DNA of 64,000 nucleotides, from NCBI GenBank assembly GCA_033442325.1, contig JAWQFM010000026.1:1003093-1067092 (forward strand). The letters are read 5' to 3'. Positions 52,481-64,000 of this stretch are shown piece after piece. A model generated the notes under the pieces. It searched no databases, had not been told where the DNA came from, and saw only the letters and a program-made list of their open reading frames with translations. The position numbers and the translations under genes are program-made. The stretch is from Salpingoeca rosetta. Taxonomy: Eukaryota > Protista > Choanoflagellata. Numbering within the stretch: position 1 is the first letter of the stretch; each line of letters starts with the position of its first letter.

Positions 52481-53382
52481 GCCAACCAGAAACACGGTGG
52501 CCACCCCCTTGCTGCCGCTGCAACCAGTGAGGAGTGCAAACACACCATCACCTCATCAACTGCCGCTGTTGTTGTCATGGCGTGCAGCACCACCACAACA
52601 ACCGCCACAATCACGGCCATTCTCTCTTCAAACAACGGTGTGGTGGTCCACGAGCAAACAGCATCCACCGCAGTGAGCTGCTTGAAACCGGCAGCGTGCA
52701 GCGACGGCTGTGGCCGCGGTGGGATGCCTCGCTGGCAGCAGATGAGGTGGCGGAAAACAGCAGCAGTTGTGGTTGAAGCTGAGGTGATTGAGATGGGCAG
52801 GGAGAAGCACAGCTAGCAGCGGGAAACTGGTTGACAAAGGGCCTTGAGTGCACCGCCACAACGCCGCGCAGGACAGCAAGCAGTGCAGCTGTTGCTGTGT
52901 TGGCGTGGTGTGGTTGACGATGGCGTGAATACGCATGCATGCACACACACATGGCAGTGTCGGGGATGGCGATGATGATGTGGGGCCACGTGCTGGCAGC
53001 ACTCAATCACAGCAAAGGTGCAATGCCCGTCGCTGTCGGTGGCTGCGGTTGGTTGATGCGGCGTTGCAGTGACGGTGTGTGTGGGTGGTTGGCTGCAGCA
53101 GCAGAGCCTGCGTTGGGTCGGAATCGGTGTGTGCACGCGTGCAACGGGAGGGTGGGGAAGCAAGATGCAGGCGCCCCACTGGGCGGGGGTGATGTGACCT
53201 GTGTGAAGACAAAAAAGGAGAGAAGGGAGAACTGACGATTAGAAGCTGTCGTGCACGACGTGCCAGTGTAGCCCTGCATCAGCACAGTGGGGGAGTTTGA
53301 ATGGTGTTATGTTGACGAGGCGTGGTCGGTGTGCGTGGTTGCTTCGACATGCGGGAGGGGCAACGAGTGCAAATGAATTCAA

Positions 53383-53460
<78 letters not shown>

Positions 53461-54585
53461 ACACACACACACACACACACACCTCTTGTGCGGCGCTGGG
53501 AGCGATGCCTGCTGGTGCGTGTCAACCAGCAGCGCTAGTGGTGTCAGCCATGGCGGCATGGAAGCGGAAGTGTGGTGGCGGGATCCTTCACCTCAACACA
53601 CATTCCAGCCACCACGCTGGAGACCACGAGCTGGCTCACTGTCTCCATGCCCGTGCATGGCACCGACCGCCGTATGGCAGCGGTGATGACAATGTCAGAG
53701 GCCTGCTCTGAAGCAAGCACACATCGTGACAGGGGTTAAGGAGAGAGTGTGTGTGTTGGGGGGGGGGAGGTGTGGGATGTGATTGACGAGGGGAGGTGGT
53801 TGACAAGAACAAAGACGTGCTGAGGGGATAAGTGGGGGAAGAAGGCGTGCAGTGGTGTGCATGTCGCGTCACACAGCACATTGAGGTGCAGTGCAGTGGA
53901 ATGGAAATCCCAGGCAACACCCCCCCCCCACGCCATCAGCCACACACATACCGAGACAGAGCGAGAGAGAAGGAAGTGCCTCTTGTTGTCGTGGCACACG
54001 GTGCTGTCGTTCAAGCCACCATCATCATCCTCATTGTCAGCATTTCATACCTGCTGCTGTAAGCCTGCCAAACAGGTGGTGGTGGTGGAGATGAAGACGC
54101 GCAGCGTTGCAGCCAAAAGCAAAGGGGGAGGTGAGAGGCATGTGACTTGAGCCGTGTGAGTGAGGGGGGGGGGAGAAGAGATGGTGTGCAGAGAGCAGGT
54201 CAAGCAAGGGGTGTGCAAGGGAAAGAAAGGGAGAGTGGACTGCGAGGCAGGGAGGAACAGTGTAAAGGAAGCAGAGCTGTGAGTACAACACACACGCACG
54301 CACCATGTGGTGGACGTGTCGCTCGTCCAAGTGGAGTGAATGAATACTTGTCCCTTTGTTTGGCTTGCTTGCTTCTTGCTTGTGTGCTTGCTCGTCTGCT
54401 TGATTGATTGATTGATGGATTGCTTGTGTCATTGTCATCATCATCAATATCCCGCTGCTCCCTGCTGGTGTTGTTGTTGTGGTTGTTGTTGTTGTTGTTG
54501 TGGTTGTTGTTGTGGCTGAGCATGTGACCAAACCACCACACACCATCACCTCCCCATCCATCCTTTCCTTTCGTCGCAGCAAATG

Positions 54586-54686
<101 letters not shown>

Positions 54687-55022
54687 CGTGCATTGCGCGC
54701 AACCAGCCACGACAAACGACTGTTGTGCGTGTTTGTGCAGAAGAAGACGGGGAAACCTGAAATCAGTCGATGACACGACTGTGGAGATGCAGCAGCTCAA
54801 ACTTGCTTGCACTCGCTTCTTCTTCTTCTTCTTCTTGCTCTCTTTGCTGCAGTGCACACAGCTAGGCAAGGCAAGACAAGGAAGGAAGGAGGGGGTGATG
54901 TGGCAGTCACCGCAACAGCAGCATGGGGAGAAGAGAGATGTGGGAGAGGGGAAGAGGAGATTGTTGGCGATCGCTACCCAGTCACCAACAGCCAACCAGA
55001 CCAATGTGGAAGAAAGGTCGTT

Positions 55023-55086
<64 letters not shown>

Positions 55087-55095
55087 CACACACAT

Positions 55096-55148
<53 letters not shown>

Positions 55149-56799
55149 CACACAAAGTAGGCGTCACGTCAACTATCCCCAGGTGAGCCAACACACATCA
55201 TGCCCACTGTTCCTTCCTCGACTTCTGCTTCTGCTTCTTCTTTTTCTTGGGCACTATTCGTTCGCTCCATGCGTCACGCAACCAAGTATGTGAACGTGGG
55301 ACGCGGTGTCCTGTTTGTGGTGGCAGTGCTGTCGGTTGTTGCTGTTGCTGTCTTGTTGTGGGTGTGTTTGTGAACTCCCTTCTTTCCTTCTTCTTGTGGC
55401 ACAAGGATGTGTGCAGGGGGCTGTGGGTCTGCTGAAAGTGGTGGTTTCGTCGTCGTCAGGTCGTCGTTGTTGTGCTTGGCTGACGTGAAGAAGTGCTGTT
55501 CTCTTGTGATTGGACAAGGCAGTGGCCTGCAGAAACAATGCCCCTGAGAGTGCACTGGCAACATGTGCCGCTGACATACGCATACCACAAGGCAAGCGAC
55601 TAGCAGTGTCATTCACGGCCACCTGCGAGGTGGGTGCAATCACACCTCCGCTCGTGTGTGTTGTGCGTGTGTGTGTATCAGTGCACGGTGGTGATCCGAT
55701 ATCCAAACCACAGCCACTGCTGTCACTGCTGCTGTCTTGCTGCTGCTGGTGCTGCTGCTGTTGGCACGTGTGTTCTCACGGTTGCATCCTCTCTTCCTCC
55801 CACGCAAACAACAAACAGACAGGAATCGGCAAGTGAGAGTGGCGGATACCAAGGCACCAGCAATACAGAAGGCCGCGTTTGAGTGGGACGCACCTCCACA
55901 AGGGTCGTGATCACAGTCATACATCATTCATCCCCCAGCTTGCAATCAAGTCAGTTACACATCATTCATCCTCCAGCCTGCAATCAAGTCAGTTTACATG
56001 GCATACACGCTGTAGGTGCTCATCACCTGCCCCATGCACACGTGGTTTTCACGCACACACCCCACAGCAGCCCGCTTGCGTGGCATCATCTGGCTGGACA
56101 TGAGTGTTGGGGATGATGATGGCATGCCCACGTCTCAGCATGACAGTGAGCGATGTGTGTGTGTGTGTGTGTGTTTCTCATTCGGCAACCGTGTGATGAC
56201 GGCTCATCACTCCTGCACACGTTCCCTCGCTCACTGCAACACCCATCTCGCCACCGTTAGCGACCAGGTTGCCATCCACTGGATGCCCTTGATTGCGTCG
56301 ATGGAGCAGAGTGTTGGTAACATTGGCAAGGTGCTGCTCATGGCGGGACAGAGCGAATGCTTTCAAAAGTATGCGCACACTGTATGTGTAGGCGTGTGTG
56401 CATATGTGACGTCGACGTGGTCATTCTGCCATGCGTCTGCTGTGGGTTCTTTGCTTGCAATCGTTTGATCTTGTGCTACGATGTGTTGTCCTGATCTCTG
56501 TTCCTCGTGCGTGTTTGGGCCACAGGGTACACCTGGAAGCTGAAGAGAGGAAGGGAGACGCTGCTCCGGCACAAGGATGATGGTGACATGAGGTGCGACC
56601 ACCGAATTGTGTTTTTGTTACGGGTGCATTGCCGCCGCCGCCGCTGCTGCTGCTGCTGCTGCTGCTGGTGGAGGTGTGTACCTGCACACACTGAACCACT
56701 CATCACTCGCTATCGTCTTGCAATCCTTCTGTGCGGCTCTCTTCGCGGCTTCGTCTTCACAGCTTCATGTCTGCCGAAGAGAATGAACTCTTTGACACA

Positions 56800-56842
<43 letters not shown>

Positions 56843-56981
56843 CCGTATGTGTGTGTGTGTGCGTGTGTGTGCAGCAGTTCGTTGCAGATATCTCCCAACA
56901 CTCCCCCCATCCCCTTTCATCCGCGCGTCTCACCACACAACAAACGCACCCATCGTCTCCACCACAACCACCACTGTTACC

Positions 56982-58895
56982 AGAACGCACTGCCCCGAGA
57001 TGCCGCTGCACTATCGCACTGCCAATGACGGCCCTGATGTCAGCGATCACCGCACGGCATATCCGTCGATCCTCTTCGCACGTGCCCATCGTTCAAGGTG
57101 AAGACCTGCCAACACAGCAACAGCAACAGCAACGGCGTGGAATGGCGTGCAACCGAAGCATGATGACCTCACACTCTCTGCCTGCTTGTGTGTTATGATT
57201 GCGTGTTCATGCGTGCGTGCATCTATGGCAGGTGTACGTGTATCCTCTGACTGCTGATGAAGAGGCCGTCCCTGCCAGCCATCTACCGCGCCATCCGAAC
57301 CGCCATCCGTGACGGCCCGTACAGCACCGATGACCCGTCCAGGGCTTGCCTCCTCGTCCCAGGCACCGACGTGTCGTGCTGGTGTGAAGGTGCGCTGTGT
57401 GTTTGTGTTTGTGTTGTGTGTGTGTGTGTGTCGCGTCGGTGCAGATGCACGGGCTTCCACAGCCGTCACCATCACCACCACCACCTCATAATTGTGTGTG
57501 CGTGCTTGTGACTGAAAGATTGCATGCACGACAAGTACTCTGACAACATTGAGTCGATTCATCCCGTGAGCGCAGCCATCGAGCGCAATCTCTCCAGCTG
57601 AGGTGGTGGTTTGTTGTTGCTTGTGGTGCTTGTGGTGCTGGTGGTCCGTGTGGATTGTGGTATCTTGCGTGTGAGAGGACCTGCGCTCATGGATGCCTTC
57701 CAAACACACACAACAATACACGTGATGCATGGCAGACTTGCGTATTGGAACGAGGCCCGCTACCATATCCTGTTTGAGTACAGCGATGCACCATGTCTCC
57801 CTGGCATGCAGAACACGGCATTCTTGCAAAAGGTACAATGTGTGTGTGTGTGTGTGTTGGAACATGACTGTGCGTGCCTGCGCTCACCATCGACGACTGC
57901 TGTTGCTTACACTTCACCAATGCCGCCTTGTTTCTCTTCACCACCTGCATCAGGTTGGCCTGAGCGAATTCCACCACCGTGACGGCCTCGGTGTGTCCAT
58001 GCCACTCTTCTCCATGGTGACATGCATTCATTCACACCGAAGCAGCGACGCGTTCCGCCCGCACAAACAGGAAATACCTCGTCACCTTCAGGTGTGTGCA
58101 TGCATCCGTGTGTGGTGTGACGTGGTGCGATGTGAGGTTCGATGTTTACTGCTGCTGCTGGGAGTTTTGAGGGGTCGGTGTCGCTCACTGCACCACCACT
58201 CGCCCTTCTTGTAACCGCTGCGATCTCACTCCAAACATGTTGTGGTGCCGCTGCTTGACATGTGTCTTCTTTCCCTGTTGTGCAGGGGTACCACCAAGTC
58301 TGCTCGTTCTTGATGCCATGTGCAACCACCTCCCCAGGCTGCACAATGGCAGGTATGGTGTGCTATGCGTGCGAGTGTTGTGTGTTCTTGTGTTCCGTGT
58401 GTGTTGTGTGTTGTGGTGGAGTCAGCTGGTTTTGGTGCTGTGTGCGTATCTGTCTGGATCCACCTCACACACGCACACACATCGTCTCTTTGTACGTTTG
58501 CTTGTGTATGCACGTTTGCAGGGACATTGTGTTGGTGTGCGCGTGCCGGTGGTTTGGCGAAGAGCGCATGAGCCGTGAGGGGGAAGGTTGGATATGACCC
58601 CTCATGTAAGCAGGCAGAGGAAGAGTTCAACAAGTACACGTACACGGATCTGGCGCTGAAGACCAAGGTTGGGCTCATCGTGGAAGGATTTGGCGACCAC
58701 TCCTGGTGTGTGTGTGTGTGTGTGTCTGTGTGTGTCTGTGTCTGTGTGTCTGTATGTTGCAAACGATTTCGGGCCTGTTTGTGGTCTCACCCATCTTCCA
58801 TCTCCTGTAACCCCCTTTCATGCCTCGTTGATCATGGCTGCGGGTGCCATCCCCGTCATTGTCGTCGATCACTACGTGCTGGATGAATGGCACAT

Positions 58896-58962
<67 letters not shown>

Positions 58963-59200
58963 AGATGTACCCCTCCCGTCGCTCATGGTGCTGCGATGTG
59001 ATGTGCTGGCGTTTGCTTTTTGCATTCTTGCAGCCCTACCAGGACCTTCTGGACTGGGAGACGTTTAGCATTCGCATTCCCGAGCACAGACTCCTCGAGG
59101 TGTGGTAACAGATCGGTGACATGGGGATGTCAAGCGATGCGTGAGGAGGGATGCGTTTTGATGGGGATTGTGTTTGGTCATAGCTTGTATGCCACGTCGC

Positions 59201-59280
<80 letters not shown>

Positions 59281-59603
59281 CTGTGTTCAGCTTCCGAGGA
59301 TCCTGCGGTCGATCTGATGAGGTGGTGGAGATGATGCAGAGACGCGTTGTGTTTGTGTTTGAGGAGTTCTTCAAGTCTCTCTCCACCCAAGTGCACACAG
59401 GTGAGGGAGTGAGTCATTGGCACAGGGGGCTGTGGAATGAGTTTGGCGACGTTTGTGGTGGTGTGTGCGTTGCTCACTTGTTCTCGTGTCCATTCAACCA
59501 CTCTCCCCATCTGCCAAATCGTGTGTCATGACTGTGCTATTTGCTACTATCAGCGCTGGAGTCTGCCAGGATCAACCCGTTCAGCGGCGACAACGCCTGG
59601 CAG
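56982..59603 (+). pseudogene. Exostosin (EXT, GT47 glycosyltransferase)-like unprocessed pseudogene
   Basis: EXT motifs FK|VYVYP, YSTDDPSRACLLVP, LAYWNEARYHILF, GVSMPLF, RKYLVTF, HLPRLHNGR|DIVLVC, MAAGAIPVIV and PYQDLLDW..IPEHRL. The frame is broken in at least five exons and one donor site reads CT instead of GT. Confidence 0.8.
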
Positions 59604-59623
59604 GTAGGTGTGTGAGTGTGTGT

Positions 59624-59674
<51 letters not shown>

Positions 59675-61638
59675 GACGTGCGGGTTCTCTTCTCCACCAA
59701 CCCACACGCCATCACCACCACCTCTCATTTTCGTGTGTGTTTGCTCAGATCCTTCCCTTCCCACCCTCGACACCACCACCAACACCACCCTCCTCCCTTG
59801 TTTCTCCTTCCTTCTGCTGTCGCCGCACATAGGGCCCTTGAGCCAGCAGCTGTAAACCCTCCCCCTGCACCAACCACCACTGCTCTGGTGGGATGAACAG
59901 ACGGGCGCTGCCATGTGATGACCATCCAGCCACACTTATGCGGTTGTGGAAGCAGCAACACCAACACACACCACAAACAAGCAAGCCATGAGCAACGTGA
60001 GTGCGTCACTGCATGTGCGTGTGTGTGTGATGAGCACAGCACCAGTGTGCGTGTTTTGTGGTCGCTGTCTTTGCTGCTCCTGTCTCCCCTTGTTGTCCCA
60101 CATCAATGTGCATGCATGTGTGTGGTGCGGCTGCCTGTTTTGCCTTGCTTGATGCGCTGTCTCATTCTTCGTTCTCACACACAACTGCCTGTACACCTGC
60201 ACATTCTCCACCTTGCAGCTGCTGCTTATCTTCCCCTCTCTTTCTCGCCCTCCCTGGCGGCCATCACAACAACAACAACAACAGCAGCAGCAGCAGCCAA
60301 CACACCCTCCACCGCCGATGCAGCAGCAGCAGAGAATGCACCACCACCACCACCACTTGCAGCTGAACACATTCCCCAACCAACAAACCTATCGCCCGCT
60401 GCTGCTGCTGGCGGGAGCTGGCTGGCTGTTGCTGCTGGGAACAGGTGGCGACAGCACCAGGTGCACTTTCGGCTGGAAGCAGCAGCAGAGGTGAGCGAGA
60501 AGAAGAGGGAAAGGGAGAGGAGATGTGTGTTGGCTGGATGGATGGATGAGATGAGATGGGGTGGGGTGGGGGATGCTGGGTGAGTGTGGTGTGGCTGGCT
60601 GGCTGGTGACAGAGGACAGTGGTGGTGTTGTGAGGAAGATGGATGGATGGATGGATGGGGTGCAGCATGTCTTGTTCCTTCCCTTCTGTTTTCTGTTTTC
60701 TCTCTCTTCCCTTTCTTCTTCACACAAATGCATGCACAACAGCAGCGGTGGCAGCAGCAGTGTGACTGCGCACATATCAATGCTCCCTGTTCTCCCCTCC
60801 CACTCGCTCACCATGCTGGTGCTCGCACACAACCACAGTTACAGGTGATGCGCACGCACACACAGGATGAGGGAAATGTCAAGGATACTTGCCACGCGTG
60901 CCAGCTGCACTCGCCTCACACATGGTATGTGGGTGGTGATGGGTGGTTGGTTGGTTGTGTGATTGGGCTGTGGCGGTGATGGGGTGCGGTGAAGCGAACA
61001 AGTGGAAGAAGGGTTGATGGGGGGATGGTCACACACATTGACACACACACACACACATACACGCACACACACACACGTGGTGCGTGCGATGTCACTGACT
61101 CGTTCTGCTGTGCTGACATGATGGCTTGCTCTGTGCTTGTTTGTGTTCTGTTCCCATCCACGTTCCTTGCAACCACTCACACACACGCACACATGCACAT
61201 AAACACAGGTGGTGAGGTACCAGCACACATCACATGGAAGGGGGCTCCCATGCCGGCTGCTGCTGCAGCATCCACCCCGATTTCGGCTGTCGCTGCTGTG
61301 CTCATGCAGTGTTCCCACATGCGTGAGCAAGGTGAGCCCACCATGCATGCTTTGGTTGGCACATGGTGCATGTGTTGTTGTTGCTGCTGCTCTGGGTGTG
61401 CTTGTTGTTGCTGCTGCTGTGTCTTGTGCACCAGTGTAGCTGTGCAGCTCACAAGTCATGCGTGCGTGTGTGCATGTATGCAGGGAGCGACTGCCTGAGG
61501 ATCGTTGGAGGATGATGGGCGGGTACACACATGATGGATTGGGAGGAGCAGCTGTGGACACACACGTCCATGGGCATGGTGGGCACATCCAACCACAGCG
61601 ACGCAGCTATGTGCAGGTGTGTGTGTGTGTGTGTGTGA

Positions 61639-61677
<39 letters not shown>

Positions 61678-64000
61678 ATGGAGTGCGGAGGAGGCAAGCA
61701 GAGGAGGGTCAGGAAGGTGAACACGCCTGCTGTGCTCATATGCCATACCTGTGCCTTGTGTGTGATGATATCGTTGTGTCTTGTCGTTGTGTGCTGGTTG
61801 CTTGGGCACCAAGGCCACACCAGAGGAGGGGAAGGAAGCTGCCATGAACGACACATCATCATCATCATCAACCCTCCCCATTTCTCTCCCCTTTCTCTCT
61901 CTTTGAACTCAGCTCGGCCGTCACCATCATCACCATCATCGCCATCGACTGCACAGCCGCCATCACACTCCGGCCGACACCAGCTCCAATCTGGCGTGAG
62001 GAACACATTGCACATGTCACTCGCTCTCATGAAGAGGTGAGCATGGGTGTATGCGTGCATGGTGGGTGAGTAGGGACAACATGTGTGCGTGTGGATGTGT
62101 GTCAATGCGGATGGTTGGATGGGGCTGGCGTGTGGCTGATGATGCTTCGCTGTCAACCTCATTACCTGCATTCTTCCCATCTTGTGTCTGTGCACGCACA
62201 CGTTTCACAGCGTTGAGGAGGCGCATGAAGCGGTGGAACCAGCGACGATGACGATGATGACGAGTGATGGAGGTGAGAGGCCGACTGAGATGTGTGTGTG
62301 TGTGTTGGTTGACATGTGATGTTTCCTTCCTCGCCTCCCTCTTTCCTTGTCTGTTCTGTCCACTCACGTGTCTTTTCTTCTTCTTCCCCCTTTTTCGATT
62401 GAGTCGGGCACAGGGCGTGTCTCCGTCTCCATCCGACCGACCAGCCAGGCAGCCGAGCGAGCGAGCAAATGGACACGGCGTGGCAAGGGGCCGTTTGTTT
62501 TCACCGTTTCCATCACCACCAGCAGCAGCAACAACAGCTGATGTGTGGCTGCATTTGGATGAACTGGCCTTCCGTCTCTCGGCCATCTCCTCCTCCTCGT
62601 CCTCGTCGTCGTTGGTCCCCAACAGCAGCGGCTGCGGCTATGGATGTGGAGGTGAGATGAATGGTGGTGGTTGTGGTGATGTGGGTGGTGTGTGATGTGT
62701 TGCGTGTGAACATCAGCATGTATGTGCGTGATTGTGAGGTGTAGGTTGGATGTCGTTGGGTCTGTTGGTGCTGGCAATGGGTTTTGTTGTCGTTGATATC
62801 CTGATTCTGTGACAACTCACCTCTTTCTTCACACGCACACAGGATGTGATGTGCGTCGATGTGCCGTTGTCTCACATGACGACGCTGCTGGTGGTGGTGA
62901 GTGATTTGTGGTGGATGTAGACAGCGCACGCACACGCATGTGCAGATGTGCTGCTTGTGCTGCTTGTGGTAGTGGTGGTGTGGTGTGGTGTCTGTGTGGG
63001 AATGTGAAATGTGCGTGCACAAGTGATGATGTGGGTGATGTGGAATGAGGCACAAGGGGGTTGATGTGGGTTGTTTCTGCCATGCTGGCTCACTGCGTGG
63101 TGTTCTTCTTGCTGATTTTGTTGTTTGTGTTTGCGCATGTGTGCATGTGTGTGATTTGCACAGGGCGGTGACCGGTGTCTTCCCAAGCCCTCATGACACG
63201 CACGCACACACAAATGTGTGAGAAAAGAAGGCACGAGGTGAGACGTTGGCGCTGTGTGTGTGTGTGTGTGTGTGTATGTGATGGGGTGGTACATGCACGC
63301 ACACGCACGCACGCACGCACACGCATGTACACGTACACATGTATGCCAACAAATCAAAGCAGTCATTGGCTGTGGGTGGTTGCACTGACGTGTGTCTCAC
63401 ATGAATCAATCTCACAACTCAAATGTGCGTGTGTGTGCGTGGCTGCAGGCGCATGTGTGCGGGTTTCCCCAACCGAATCCCCTTCTTCTTTTCCCAACCA
63501 ATCGCCTTTGCTCTGTGTCATCATCATCATCGGCCTTTCCCGTGCGATGTGGAGCTGATGAGGCGTGATCGAGACAGCGGCCAACACAGGTATTGCAGCA
63601 GTGGTGGATGTGGTGGTGATATCGTGTGCCTGCTTGCTTGCTTGCTTGTTGGATGCTTGCTTCGTTGGTCTTGTGTGTATCTGGTGCACCCCGCCCACAA
63701 GATGCTGCATATTCCCATGCGTGGTCCCTTTGTGTCCCTCCTTTCATGTCCTCACCACCACCGGTCATTGTTGTTCGTCTCTGGTTGGTTTCTCCTTGCC
63801 TCACAGGCATACACTCAGGCAGGCATGCTTGCTGCTGCCACTGGTGCTGCTGTGATGATGGCCGTGCGTGTGCGTGTGCGCTGTGCACCGTGTTTGGGGC
63901 TGCAACGATGAAGACAAGGAAGGACACGGCCCGTGCCCACCACTCTTCCCCCATTATCTCCCCTTTCTGCTCCATCAGCGGTAACGATGGTGGCCGTGGC

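Noticed and set aside
57598-59317. In-frame TGA codons in the exostosin-like region as selenocysteine or readthrough
   Set aside because: Each coincides with a frame change or broken splice site, so decay explains them.
62017-63975. Minus-strand ORFs at the right end
   Set aside because: Low-complexity with no recognisable motif or consistent exon chain, so no call can be supported.

Overview
Eukaryotic, intron-rich DNA with GC-rich exons, GT-AG introns packed with (CA/GT)n microsatellites, and four N-gaps. The style and gene content suggest a choanoflagellate such as Salpingoeca rosetta (inference). Most of the ORF track is microsatellite or antisense noise, so genes were rebuilt by reading exons by hand. 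Bases 1-39 kb are compact and carry four consecutive head-to-head gene pairs: SRR1-domain protein / signal peptide-C2-EGF-TM receptor, kinesin-9 (KIF6-like) with IQ motif / TPR-CaaX protein, RPS27 / USE1-like SNARE, and KDM2-like JmjC demethylase / RPL13A. These are followed by an atypical ubiquitin-activating E1. From about 39.5 kb the region looks fast-evolving. It holds an unidentified, intronless, twice-frameshifted ORF, then an LRR-ankyrin-Roc-COR-TIR-SAM gene, then decayed intron-containing copies of importin-5 and exostosin. The best candidate for an undescribed system is the Roco-TIR-SAM gene. It has a SARM1-like TIR that keeps the putative catalytic Glu and one-repeat-per-exon LRR modules, consistent with a GTPase-gated innate-immune NADase receptor with a shuffle-ready sensor. 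Exon boundaries are manual readings and no database searches were run.
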